This document shows positions 34,643-46,512 of a stretch of DNA of 64,000 nucleotides, one piece after another (position 1 is the first letter of the stretch; every line of letters starts with the position of its first letter). The translations under genes and the position numbers were made by a program. The notes beneath the pieces were generated by a model. The model had not been told where the DNA came from and did not search any database. It worked only from the letters and a program-made list of their open reading frames with translations. The stretch is taken from contig NW_015170887.1 in assembly GCF_001447785.1 (NCBI RefSeq), positions 1,342,201 through 1,406,200 on the forward strand, written 5' to 3'. The stretch comes from Gekko japonicus. Taxonomy: Eukaryota.

Positions 34643-35440
34643 ATGGCCTCTGCTCGGGGGAACTTGGAGATCTTCGATTCAGCCCATCCCGAACTCTGGG
34701 ACTCGTGGACAGACCAACTGACTTGCCACTTCGTCTACAATGAGGTCACTGATCCAGGCAAAAGACAAGCTCTCCTCCGTAGCTCCTGTGGAGTGAACAC
34801 AGTCCACCTCACAAAGAGCCTCCTCACACCCCAGGCAATCCTCGAGTGCTCGTACAAGGAGATCGTCGATGCCCTGACAAGGTACCTCACGCCACGACCA
34901 ACCACGCTCGCCAGGCGGATCGAATTCCAGGGCCACGTCCAGAAACCGGGTGAGTCGGCCGCGGCTTTCATGGCAGCCCTGCGCCAGCTGGCCATGGACT
35001 GTGCATTCACAAAGGTGGAGGAGAACCTCTTGACGCAATTTGCGTGGGGCATCAGTGACCTAAAACTGCGGAGGAAAATGATCGGTACTGCCCACATCAA
35101 GATCGACGCGGCCCTCCAACTCGCCATCGCCCACGAGGCCTCCCACCGCAACCGCTCGCCAGCAACATCTGACCTCGTACTCCCCGACTCGGGCCCCGAG
35201 AACTCAGAGGAGGAGGACATCCGTCTCATCTGCCCTGTGGCATCAGGATCCACTGGAAAGACCCCAGGCCGTTCCTCATGCGCCAGTTGCAGCAAGGCAC
35301 ACGAGCACAAGTCTTGCCGATTCCGCGACACGCCACACCTGTGGGAAACAGGGTCATCTCGCTCGTGTTTGCCGGTCCAAGGGAAGCCAGCACCAGCAGC
35401 CCCCAGCTCAGGCATGCTGCCCGGCCGCCACCACCTATGA
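34643..35440 (+). pseudogene. Gypsy gag (frameshifted near the zinc knuckle)
   Basis: WDSWTDQL...QKPGESAAAFMAALRQLAMDCAF and a CASCSKAH Cys/His remnant. Confidence 0.85.
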
Positions 35441-35441
35441 G

Positions 35442-37724
35442 ATGGCAGCAGAGATGTCCGACCTCTACCTCCTCACAGACTGGCCATCCCTACAGGTACT
35501 ACGCCTCCCGAGGTTAGAGAATACCCCGAAAATCCAATTAACGGTTCAGATCGAAGGGTCCCCCTGCACAATGGAAGTGGACTTGGGGTCAGCAGCATTC
35601 ATCATTTCCATGGACACGCTATGCAGACTTTGCCCTAAGGGGGGCCCCCGCTTACGCCCATCCCATTTGAGTTTGGTGGACTTCCAAAGAAACCCGGTTC
35701 CTATAAGGGGGGTGGGGACATTCCGGGTACAGTTCCAGGGGTTCAAGAGACTGTTGGACTTGATAATGGTGGAGGGAAATCTGGTCAGTCTGCTGGGCCA
35801 GGCCTGGTTTGCGCCGCTGGGCATCACGGTTGGGGTTGGAGGGGTGCTTAAATGTGGTCTGAGGGATTTTGCAGAGTTTTGCGGGGAGTTCCCAGCTGTT
35901 TTTGATTGGGCTTTAGGTTGCTACAAAGGGCCCCCGGTTTACTTGCAGTTAGACCCCCTGGTGGCTCCTATCCACATGCGGTTCCGCACAGCTCCACTCG
36001 CCATACGGCCAAAAATAGATGCCGAGCTGGACCGCTTGGTTGCGCAAGGGGTCCTGGAGCCAGTTCCAAATGCTATATGGGAAACGCCCATCGTAACCCC
36101 CCTCAAGCCCAACGGCGAAGTCCACATTTGTGCGAACTACAAATGCACAATTAATAAGGCCCTCCACGACCACTCCTACCCGGTCCTGGTCGTTAGTCAT
36201 GTCCTGGCCTCGCTAGTGGGAGCTAAGATTTTTGGGAAACTTGACCTGGCACAAGCATATCAACAGCTGCCGGTCGACGAGGCCACGGCGCAGACAATAG
36301 TAACCCACAGGGGGGCCTTTAAGGTAAAGAGGCTACAATTCGGCATGAGCGTAGCCCCGGGGATTTTCCAACAACTAATTGACTCATTGTTAAAAGGGGT
36401 CCCTAGAGTGACGCCATTTTTCGATGACGTCTTGATTGCAGCGGTGTCCCCCGATGACTTCGCCTCCCACCTCCGCGCCGTCCTACAATGTTTTGACTCT
36501 GCTGGCCTCAAAGTGAAATGGGAGAAGTGCCTCCTAGGGCTTTCGGAGGTGGACTTCTTGGGGTTCAGGGTAGATGCGACCAGCCTTCATCCAGTGAAGG
36601 ACAAGGTGAAGGCCATCGTGGAGGCTCCCACCCCCACATGCAAAGCAGAACTACAGGTGTTCTTGGGACTAATAAACTTTTACCACGCCTTTTTGCCACA
36701 CAAGGCTGCGGTAGCAGAGCCTCTACACAGGCTCCTGGATAAGTCGGCCCCTTGGATCTGGGGCCCGAGGGAAGCGGCGGCATTTAGGGGGGTGAAAGCA
36801 CTTTTAATTTCCAATGATGTGCTATGCTGCCATGAGTGTGGTGTATGTTTCTAACTGGTGTACATTCCTTCCCATGCACTTAATTGCTTCTTTGCTGTAA
36901 TGCATATCTCTCAAGGCCACTGGAGGAGTTGGCGTGTCTAGGTTTCGTGGGAAGTTTCTTAAGTTCCCATTTTCTGCAGCCATTAGCAATCTGCCAAATG
37001 CCCGCGCGCGGGAGCCCATCTAATTGGGTACTACATAGGGGGGGGTGCATACGAAGGCCCTATATTCTATTATGCGCATAGGTAACCCGCCATTCCTAAC
37101 AGTGTTCATGTTACTGCATCTATAGTTTTTCAATAAAAGTAAAACCTTCCTAGAAGCATGTACTTTGTTGTCTTGCTGTGGATCCTGACACCCATTTTGA
37201 TGAATCCTTGCCCGGTTGTCCTTGCGTGTGGCGCCTCTCCCTATGGCATCGGCGCAGTGCTCGGCCACGTCCTCCCTGATGGCCGTGAGGTTCCCGTGGC
37301 CTACTACTCAAAAACATTAACGGCCACGGAGCGGAACTATGCACAAATCAATAGGGAGGGGTTGGCAATCGTAGCAGGGGTAAAATAATTCCGCAATTTT
37401 GTTTACGGGTGCCCTTTTACTATTCTTACGGACCATAAGCCCCTCCTAGGCCTATTAGCTGCAGACAAGCAGACGCCCCAAGTCCTGTCACCCTGCGTCC
37501 TCAGATGGTCCCTGTTTCTAGCTGGCTACCAGTACCACCTGGAACACCGCCCGGGCAAGGCGATGGGTCATGCCGACGCCCTGAGCCGGCTACCGCTGCC
37601 AGCCACAGATGCCGATCCCGCTCCTGCACCAGGGGTCCTGCTCATCGAAAATCTCCCGGAGCCTCCTTTGCATGCTGCCGACATCGCGGCCAAGTCGGCC
37701 CGCGACTCCCTTCTCTCCCGGGTA
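35442..37724 (+). pseudogene. Gypsy pol (protease-RT-RNase H), interrupted by a solo LTR, with a stop codon and truncation
   Basis: Protease MEVDLGS (degenerate DSG); RT KLDLAQAYQQ, RLQFG, FFDD; RNase H CGASPYGIGAVL...ERNYAQI, TDHKPL, HADALSRLP. Confidence 0.9.
36825..37190 (+). mobile_element. Solo LTR inserted in the Gypsy pol
   Basis: It splits pol between SNDVL and HFDESLPVVLAC, has TG...CA ends and AATAAA at ~37132. No clean TSD was found. Confidence 0.7.
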
Positions 37725-38093
37725 CTTTTCACACCCCTCCTCCCTCTAGCACTTTCCTGCCAAATGATCACATGACCAGGAGGAGGGGCACTACTCCCTC
37801 AGTTCTCTTTTTGCTGCTGAAGAGAACAGATCTGCTCTGCTGTTCCCTGTTTTTTCCTCACCTCATTCTAGAGGCTGAGGAGATTTTTCTCTCTCAGATT
37901 TTTCCTTTTGTCATCAATACTGATTTAGTGAACATTAAACTATATTTTAAATAAGAAATGTTTCTGGTTTTTCTCATGATTGGATCAACTGTTGTTTTAG
38001 AATAATGTTGTTAACTGGCCTTTGTCTGTGCCTTAACTGCCTAAGGATTCATACAACAGAAAGGCATGTATGGATAGAGTTGGACACGGAAGA

Positions 38094-38340
38094 GCTCTTT
38101 TCAAAGGATTTGGCTGCTCACCAGCCTAAGTGAAGGCACATTCCCCCTCTGTGATGAGGTATGGTGAGACACAGCCTTGGACCCACAGGCTCTTGCCAAA
38201 GGCTTTGACTGGGAGCCAGCCTGAATGCTGGCACATTCCCCCTCTGTGGCGAGGTATGGTGAGACAGATCCTTGGAGTCACTGGCTCTTTCAAAAGGCTT
38301 TGGCTGTGTACCAACCTGAATACAGGCACTATCCCCCTCC
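38094..38340 (+). repeat. Imperfect tandem repeat, period ~95 bp (~2.6 copies)
   Basis: ggcacattccccctctgtg at 38135 and 38230, with a degenerate third copy at ~38325. Confidence 0.75.
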
Positions 38341-38849
38341 TTGGCTTTGTGTGCCCTGAAGGGAGAAACCTAGAGGTGTTGCCTGACTGAGCCTCTGACT
38401 CAGTGGCCCCAGCAAACTGCCACCTACCCAGGAGCCAGCTCGATGTCGTGGGTCCCTTCTTGGAATCATTGATCTCGTCTCTGACAGTCTTGCAGGGATT
38501 TTTACAATCCCCATAATGTTTAAGAGTTTCTGCTTCTCACTGCCATTCATTGGCATCGACATGAAGGCAACCTTTGGTGTCTCCAAGTAATTTGACACTG
38601 GGCTCACTTTGGGTTCGACAGTCTCGATCCCTTCGATGTCAAAGTCCTAAGATTCCACGTTGAAACTCTTCCTCCTACAGCAGTAGAGCATGCTTTCGGA
38701 ACCCTCACACTCCCCCTTCTCTCGGTGCCGAGGGAAGAAGCTAGGAGGTGTGGCCTGGCAGACACTGCCTGAGTGAAGGAACCGTCCCCCTCTCTGCCTT
38801 CTGTTGGTTCTGACCAGAAGCCTGGAGGTGTGGCCTGATGGGAGCCTCT

Positions 38850-39412
38850 TTTTGTTATTGTTATTATTATTATTATTAGTAGTAGTAGTATTAATTTGAT
38901 TTTTACCCCACCCTACCCCGCCGAGGCAGGCTCAGGGCGGCTTACAAAGAAAACAACAAATAAAACAATATAAAATCGATATAAAATACACAATAAAGTT
39001 ATTAAAACCATTAGCATAACGATAGCGCCACAACTGTAGCAAAGTGCACATACGGCAGTGCCTCCACTATTGGTGGGCTCAGGCTAGAAAAAAAGTTGGC
39101 ACAGGACAAGGATGATGCAACGCAGCTCCTTACCTAAATGCCTGATGGAAGAGCTCCATTTTTGCGGCCCTGCAGAACTGTGAAAGGTCCCTCAGGGCCC
39201 TGATCTCATCTGGAAGCTCATTCCAGTAAGTTGGAGCTGCCACAGAAAAAGCCCTGGACCTGGTCGATACCAGCCTGCCAGCCTGGCATGTTTAGGACCG
39301 GGGGGGGGGTAGACGATTTTGCGACCCGGACTGCAGTGCTCTCTGGGGAACATGTGGGGAAAGGCAGTCCCTCAGGTAGTCAGGTCCCTGTGACCATAAA
39401 GGGCTTTAAAGG
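38850..39412 (-). mobile_element. L2-clade LINE 3' end with (TAT)/(TAG) microsatellite tail
   Basis: Minus-strand tail tgtaagccgccctgagcctgcc...gggtggggtaaaaat, and an ORF2 end reading FKALYG..PxLWNELP. Confidence 0.75.
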
Positions 39413-40644
39413 CTTGTCTGACTGAAAGAATCTTTTCCTGGCTGCCCTCAGTTTCAAGGTGAAATTCTTGGAGGCATGGGTCAGAAGGGTATTGTGCCCA
39501 TTAATTGGGGTTGTTTGAATCTCTTCAGCCCCTGTAGTTTTGGAGAGTGGTGGAAGTGGGTGGAGTTTTTTCCTGTTCTTGTTGCTAGTACTGTCGAGAG
39601 ACAACAGACTACTTATGCTTAAGGCCTGCTGTGCTTTATTTTACTACACACTCTATGGGGACTGCCTTGATTCCAGGGTCAGAACCAGTTCTTTGTTGAT
39701 CTCCACTCCAAGCCCTCCTACTAATGCCTACTTTTAAAGGCTGATACAGTGACACAACAGCCTCAGTACACCAGCTTGCTGCAGTCTCTCAGCACTGATA
39801 CTTAACCCTAAGGGGCTTTTCAACATAGGTGTTGTTTCAAACCCAGCCAAGGCTGACTGTTGTGAACTCCATAGGGAACTCAGTAGTGATCAGCAAATAT
39901 GCTATTAGAGGCAAGCCTCAGTAGTTCGCCTCTCCTCTCAGTTCCATGGTAGCCTTCGGAACCATCATTGATTTGGGAGACTCCTTAGCTGCCACTGTTT
40001 TTTCATTAGCAATGATAAATCCGCATGAGACACTCCTATGTGATGACGTTCATAGTGAATGCCAGCTTGTTATAATGGTTTGAGTTGCGCTGGATCTGGG
40101 GGACCCAGGTTCAGGTGCCATTGTGTGGCTGCAGGGAAAGGAAGTTAGGCCTGGGGAATCCAGGCCTGATTCATTTAAAAATGTCACATCTAGTTTGGCC
40201 CAGAGTGGCAGGGTAGGGAACTGCTTCTGCTCTACACAAGCACTTCTTAACTAAATACCCGCTTCTAAAATCCCCAGGTCTAACACCAAGCTGGGATGAA
40301 ATAGTACCTAGCTCTCCTAGAGTCATGAGATGCAGCCTTATGACTTCCATTCACTAGAAGGCAAAATAAAATAATCAGATCAGACAACCTGGTCCAGGAC
40401 GGAAGATTTGTGCTTGGAAGCAGCCTTCTGTCTGTGTTCAAATGGCTGGAGGCATATCTGGATGCAAATCGAATGGGACTTGTAATGCATGACTAGTTGT
40501 CTATGATTAGAGTGGGTTTAGTACCATGGTGTATAGGAAACAAGCCCTTTCAAGAAGACATTTCAACCCCTTGCTTAAAACTAAGAGCTCTCTAGAACAG
40601 ATAAACAAACTTCAGTATGAGATCATGGCTAGGCAAGCATGTCA

Positions 40645-40920
40645 GAAGAAAAGAAGAGATTGGATTTATACCCCGCCCTTCACTACCCAGAGAAGTCTCA
40701 GAGCGGCTTACAATCCCTTTCCCTCCCCACAACAGACACCCTGTGAGGTAGGTGGGGCTGAAAGAGCTCTTTCGAGAACTGCTCGTGAGAGAACAGCTTT
40801 GAGAGAACTTGTGACTGACCCAAGGTCACACCAGCAGCTGCATGTGAATGAGTGGGGAATCAAACCTGGTTCTCCCAGATTAAAGTCCACACTCCTAACG
40901 ACTACATCAAACTGGCTCTC
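40645..40920 (-). mobile_element. tRNA/CORE-type SINE
   Basis: Reverse complement of the 5342/24139 family. Confidence 0.9.
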
Positions 40921-41147
40921 TGGTTATTTATTTACACAAAAGTAAAAAAAAATGTGGGGAAGTGGGAGTTGCAATATGGAAAGGAAACTGGTCAGTCCAT
41001 GATCATTAATTCCTCTACACCTCAGTCTTCATAACTTCCATCTGGCAGGTACCTGCAGATAATTATGAGACTCTTCCGAGCTTTCAGCTCTTTCACTGCG
41101 ATCAGCAAAGGATCCATCTCTCCTTCCAGTTCTACCATCACAGGAGC
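40921..41147 (-). pseudogene. POLR2F: 5'-truncated processed pseudogene of RNA polymerase I/II/III subunit RPB6
   Basis: Minus 41147-40992 reads [50 protein letters not shown], against RPB6 [51 protein letters not shown]. It has a W-to-stop change, no intron at the K|AR junction, and a 3'UTR with tgtgtaAATAAA. Confidence 0.93.
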
Positions 41148-43854
41148 TGTGTTCTGTAGGTTAGGATTAGGGTCATGTGATAAGGATGCTTTCTGATGGA
41201 GAACGTCTTTTGCTAGATTGCAGAAAGAAGTAGCTGCTCTAGCCCTGGAGAGAAGGAACCGCAGCTCAACAATAGAGAACATGTTTTGTTTGCATCAGAA
41301 GGTTTGAGTTCGAAGCTCTGACCTTTCCAGTTCAAAGATTCTGAGATGGCAGGTTGGGAAATGTTCTTCCTAGTCAGGACCCTGTGTGAGAATGATCCAG
41401 GGTCGGACTCAGTATATGGCAGCTTCCTTGTGTTCAGTAGTAAGATTAGGGGATGGGGCGGCACAGGGGTTGCCAGATCCAGGCTGGGAAACTCCTGGAG
41501 ATTTGGGGGCTTGAGTCTGGGGCAGAGAGGGACCTCAGTGAGGACCACAGAGTCCATCCTCCAAAGCATCCATTTTCTTTTTCGTGTTTAAAGACTGCAA
41601 TCCATGCACAATAATTTCAAAGCAAGTCCCATTAAAATCAGTGGTGCTGTTACAAATAAATGTGGACAGGACTGGGCTGCAAATGATCTGGTGTGAAATA
41701 TTGATGCAACACAATTGTGTTCCTCAGTCTGTTATGGGAACTTTCAGTGATCATCTGCAGATTATATATTTTTTTAAAGCAACCACAGAGCTTTATTTTT
41801 TACTCCAAGCAAGGCATAAACCAAGGGAACAACATGGCAAAAAATATCAAAGTGGCGCAACCAAATCCATTTTAAAAAGCTGTACTTTTTATGCCAAGGA
41901 CCCATCTGTGCTATGCAGCTGAAAAAGAGACTTCCTGTAGCGAAGCAGTGAAATGGAATTGGCTGCATCTGGCGTGTTAAAATTACTTTTGTCTCCCTGC
42001 TTAAGGTTTGCCCCTAAAGCAGGAGAATTTGCAAAAACATTTATTTGCTGTCAGTCCAGAGAATACTTTTATACTGTGGCTGAATAATTAGCCAAGGGAA
42101 ATGAAACCTTGGGTTGACCCACCTTCGTTTAGCATTGGGGGTGGTGGTGTCTGTTTGCCATGTATTAGATCTCCCTGGAATATAGAGATGTTGGAATGAA
42201 AATTGATATACACAATTCAGGACCTAGTTCTATGTTTTACATTTGAAAGTGGGCCTGATCCATCCATTCAAGGGGGAGGAAAGATGTGAAATGCATTCAT
42301 TAAAGCCCATCAAGATTTATATCACAAAAGTTATTAGCCAAAGGCCATAACATACAATACATAGCACATAATATATGACATGAAGCAAAGCATCTAAATC
42401 ATTGCATGATTTTTTTTAAAAAAGAAAAAGGCACAAAGCATCCTGAAGCCAGTCACCACAGCTGTATTGGAAATAGTCACAATGGATTTAATTGCAGAAA
42501 CTGTCTGCAAAACTGAGGCTGGAGTGATGTGACCATGTTCTAAAGCGAAACTTCTTGGCATCTCAGATTTGTTATCAACAGTTATCAGGATGTGCAGCTG
42601 TAAGCCCCTACAAGATGCTTCACATACTTCATAAGTGTATGCCTGAGTACACATACAAATGTAAAGTGTTGATGTGTATAATACAGTTACACACCTTAGG
42701 GAGCCATGTTAGGTTTTGACTGAGTGTATACATTGGCAAGCCTGGGTTTGTTGTTAAATGCATGAAATGCTCAGAGAACTTTCTGGTCTGGAAAGCTAAT
42801 GATGCTTGAATTTAGTAGGTGTTTGTTTATTGCTGAGCAAACTTGATTTGGGTTACATTATGCCAGTGTTTACCACCAAGGAAGATTCTGCAGAGGAAGG
42901 CAATGGCAAACCACGTCTGCTTCCCACTTGCACTGAAAGCTCCTTGCTAGGATCTCCGTTAAGTCAACTGCAATTTGACTATACTTTTTACACACACGCA
43001 CACACACGCACACACACACACACACAGATATGCAAGAGTTTGGTTTTGTGGCCACTAGATGTCATGCTTCACCTTTCTAAAGGCAGACTAGTGATTTCTC
43101 CAATAACCAGGTTGGATCCTACCAGCTTTTCAGCAGAAGAAAAGAGGAGGAGGGGCCTTTTAATCACAGAAAAGTCTCTGTCGTGGCTCATGGGGCTTGC
43201 ATTAACAAAAATTGTGCAGAGGGGTTCAGTGAGGAGTGCAGTCAAGTGAGATCAAATTGCAAAGCTGTTAGGATTCACCCCTCTCTGACAATGGCTGCTA
43301 TGGACAATTTCCCCATTCTTAACAGGTTGTCCCACAGTCCTTGAGCAATGTTTGAACATCCACGTTATGTCTTCCCACATCATTATAAAGCCTTTGAACT
43401 GTTTCTGTCTCTTCTTTTAAAGCAGAGTTTTGTAAGCTATTGAAGTAGTGGTGAGTGGAGCATGTGTTTCTCAGCCTTGAGGTTCTTGAATTCCAGGCTG
43501 TTTTGTAAGATCTTCGTGAACTGGCAGAGGAGGAAGATACACCCTGGCATGTATGACTACAGCCCCATGGCTGAATGAAGGAAAACCAATTCTGTTTCAG
43601 TTGTTTCCAGCTGGATACATGGTCCTTCATCAACATTGGTTAGAGGGACAAAAAAGCTATAACCCTCCACAAGTCTTTCTCCTTTTGCAGATACTGATTC
43701 AGACGGTGGCCAACCTTGATTGTGTGCACTTTGTGCTGGATTCCAGGGACAGGCTGTGGACACTGATAGTGTATCATGCACCTAGTCATCCAGTAAGTAC
43801 TCTCTGGCTAATCTGGCAGCAGTGGGGACATTGCTCATTGGCAGAGATCATACC

Positions 43855-44048
43855 AGTGGGGACATTGCTCATTGGCAGAGATGCATGCAGAAGGTCCCTG
43901 GTTCAATCTTTGGCACTCTCCAATTTACACGCATCAGGTAGCAGGTAATGTAAAAGGCACCTGAGACCCTGGAGAACTGCTGCCACGTGAAGTCGACAAT
44001 ACTGAGCTCGATAGACCAATAACTGCGTATAAGACAGCTTTGTGTGTT
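43855..44048 (+). mobile_element. Squam3-like tRNA SINE (head partly duplicated at ~43820-43850)
   Basis: gctcattggcagag...ggttcaatc...tgagaccctggagaactgctgcc. Confidence 0.75.
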
Positions 44049-44149
44049 TATATATCTTGAGCCTGATGCTGGAAGCTGCCAGGCTAATTCATCTGAGGGA
44101 TTCAAGAGCCATATATAGTCTTGCTGTGCTCAAGGTTTTGCTTCTTTTC

Positions 44150-44311
44150 CTCTCCCCACACCTCGTGAGGTAGGTGGGGCTGAGAGAGTTCTGAGAGAAC
44201 TGTGACTGACCCAAGGTCACCCAGCAAGCTTCGTGCAGATGAGTGGGGAATCAAGCCCGGTTCTCCAGATTTGAGTCTGCCACTCTTAACCACGACAGCA
44301 CCCTGGCTCTC
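44150..44311 (-). mobile_element. tRNA/CORE-type SINE
   Basis: gtgaggtaggtggggctgagagag...cccaaggtcacc...cttaaccac. Confidence 0.8.
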
Positions 44312-44320
44312 CTTTGAACG

Positions 44321-44609
44321 AGATGTGGTGGCATTCTTGTGTCTGCCATGAGGATGCCACGATCACTTTAAAGTGATTTTAAAATGTTGTGAGGCCCTGA
44401 TCCTAACTGGGCCTGCCACGTAGCAGACTGAGGTGCTCCTGTTCCTCTCCCTGCCTTTTCAAGTGCCCCCGTGGCTGGTTTCACACTTGAAACAGTGCAT
44501 GGGAAGGAACAAGAGAACCTCAGCCTGCTGTGTTAGCCTCACAGCATTTTAAAGTCATTTCAAAATGCTGGTGGCTCCCTTTGGTGGACATAAGGACACC
44601 ACCACATCT
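44321..44609. mobile_element. Old MITE with ~75-bp imperfect TIRs
   Basis: agatgtggtgg...ttttaaaatgttgtgaggc pairs with gcctcacagcattttaaa...caccaccacatct. Confidence 0.6.
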
Positions 44610-44723
44610 AGTTTGGCTCTCGGTATAAGGGAAAATTGTGTCTTGTCCACAGAGGAAAATCCAGTTGTGAATGAATGTGATGGCACAATGACAACATAGC
44701 TTCTGGAAAAAACAACTGAGTGA

Positions 44724-44922
44724 TAGAGTTGGCATCACTTGGTTGGGAAATCCCTGGAGATTTGGGGGTGGAGCTTGGGGAGGAGAGGGACCTCCACAGG
44801 GTATAACGCCATAGAGTCCACCCTCCAATGCAGCCATTTTCTCCAGAAGCTATCTATGTAGTCTTGTGTTCAGTTGTAACTCTGGAAAATCTCCAGGCCC
44901 CTCCTGGAAGTTGACAAACCTA
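44724..44922 (-). mobile_element. hAT-type MITE (TAGGGTTGCCA family)
   Basis: tagagttggc...gagatttgggggtggag...gttgacaaaccta. Confidence 0.75.
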
Positions 44923-45037
44923 GTTGGCAAAGCTGGGGCCACAGAAAGCTTTGTATGTAGAAGGTTCAACCCTTGACATCTCCCATTAAAGAATCTCAGG
45001 TAAGAGCCACTATCAATCAGAGCAGGTAATATTATGT

Positions 45038-45409
45038 TAGAAGAAGAAGAGTAGTTGGGTTTATACCCCTCCCTTCATTTGGAGTCTGAGAGCGGCCTAC
45101 AGTCTCCTTCCCTGCCTCTCCCCACAACCGATACCCTGTGAGGTAGGTGGGGCTTAAAATGCTCTGAGAGATCTGCTCTTGAGAGAACAGCTCTGAGAGA
45201 GCTGTGACTGACCCAAGATCACCTGGCTGGCTGCATGAGGAGAAGTGGGGACTCAAACCGGGTTCTCCAGATTAGAATCTGCCACTCTTAACCATTAGCC
45301 GCCCTGAGCCACTGGTAGCCGCCCTGAGTCACTGGGTAGGGCGGGATAAAAATCTCAAAAATCTCAAAAATAAATAAATAAATAAATAAATTACACCAAA
45401 CTGGCTCTC
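45038..45409 (-). mobile_element. tRNA/CORE-type SINE interrupted by a short L2-type tail (45298-45390)
   Basis: The SINE is split at ttaaccatta|...|ttacaccaaactggctctc. Confidence 0.8.
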
Positions 45410-46111
45410 ATTAGGTAGACCGATGATTTGACTTGATGTGTTCAACAGTGTCTGGGTTATATCACTTCAGCTCCCAGGTGGGGGCTCACATGACTGAATT
45501 CTTTTCCACCCCCACCCCAATCCCTGCTCATAGAAGAATAGATGTCAGGGAGGAAGTCTAGCTTAGCTTTCCACTCAGCAGGCTGGTTTTCGATGAGAAA
45601 GGATTTTTTTAAAAAAATAGAGCTGCATTCTGTTATATGAGTGCCCATTAATATGAGTACCCACCTGCAGTCTGAAGTGGTTCAGCCTCAGAGAGAACAC
45701 ATCGTAGGTCAGACACTGTCTGCATCTTTGTGACTATGATCTGCCATGGCAACGGCATTAATCATACAGATGGAAGTTAGCGGCTACAAAAGATCACATT
45801 TTCCAGGCAGCCCACTTGAAAGCCTTAGAATTCCTTGCATTTCCCTATGGCTTTTAACGCACAGAGATCCTCATACTGCCCAAATGAATTCTGTATTCTT
45901 GCATTTTGTTTTGCACCTCCATTACTGTATTTTTGTAGCAAGAACAAATGAGCTAAAGGACTATGCCATGGAAGGCCAGCAAAATCAAGGCAGAATAAGG
46001 GTTTATGATTCCCCTCAGCTGGCTTGGGGTTTGTCTGCCAACTGGATTGGCTCTTTTCCCCCATCATCAACCTGGCCTGAATTTAAACATGGTGAACCAT
46101 CTCTGAGGTCA

Positions 46112-46216
46112 AAGTTTGAGTCCAGTGGCTCCCTTAAGACCAACAAATTGGTCTTAAAGGTGCCACTGGACTCAACCTTTGTTCTGCTGTTTCAGACCAA
46201 CACGGCTACCCACCTG
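46112..46216. mobile_element. Penelope-like pLTR remnant forming a hairpin
   Basis: gagtccagtggc..ttaagaccaa-caaa-ttggtcttaa..gccactggactc followed by cagaccaacacggctacc. Confidence 0.7.
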
Positions 46217-46232
46217 TTTCTGAGGTCATCTA

Positions 46233-46512
46233 GGAGCCAGTTTGGTGTAGTGGTTAAGTGCACGGACTCTGGGAAAACTGGGTTTGATTCCCCACTCCTC
46301 CACATGCAGCTGCTGGTGTGACCTTGGGTTAATCATAAGTTCTTTCAGAGCTGTTCTTTCAAGGGCAGTTCTTGAAAGAGCTCTCTCAGCCCTACCTACC
46401 TCACAGGGTGTCTGTTGTGGGGAGGGGAAGGGAAAGGAGATTATAAACCACTCTGAGACTTCTTCGGGTAGTGAAGAGCGGGGTATAAATCCAATCTTCT
46501 TCATCATCAGCA
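46233..46512 (+). mobile_element. tRNA/CORE-type SINE
   Basis: Same family as 5342-5631. Confidence 0.9.

Larger units (their letters stand above)
34241..37731 (+). mobile_element. Ty3/Gypsy LTR retrotransposon, integrase and almost all of the 3' LTR deleted
   Basis: 5' LTR tgttatg...gtacttttca (34241-34517), PBS-like gtgccgatgagg, and gag/pol remnants. It ends with gtacttttca at 37722-37731, with 5-bp TSD CACCC on both sides. Confidence 0.93.

Noticed and set aside
34735-35415. 226-aa antisense ORF over gag
   Set aside because: It is a shadow ORF of GC-rich coding sequence with no independent evidence.
38094-38340. CRISPR-like repeat-spacer array
   Set aside because: The DNA is eukaryotic, the units are similar along their whole length with no unique spacers, and there are no cas genes.
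38350-40060. Possible DIRS-like retroelement remnant
   Set aside because: The composition is suggestive, but I could not identify RT, RNase H or tyrosine-recombinase motifs or termini.
40526-40945. Recurring ORFs such as QQTPCEVGGAERALSRTA... and the SSPGEN.. peptides
   Set aside because: These are chance translations of high-copy SINE and MITE sequence, not a gene family.
43319-43636. 105-aa minus-strand ORF as a possible second retrocopy
   Set aside because: No protein family recognised in any frame; BLASTX would be needed.
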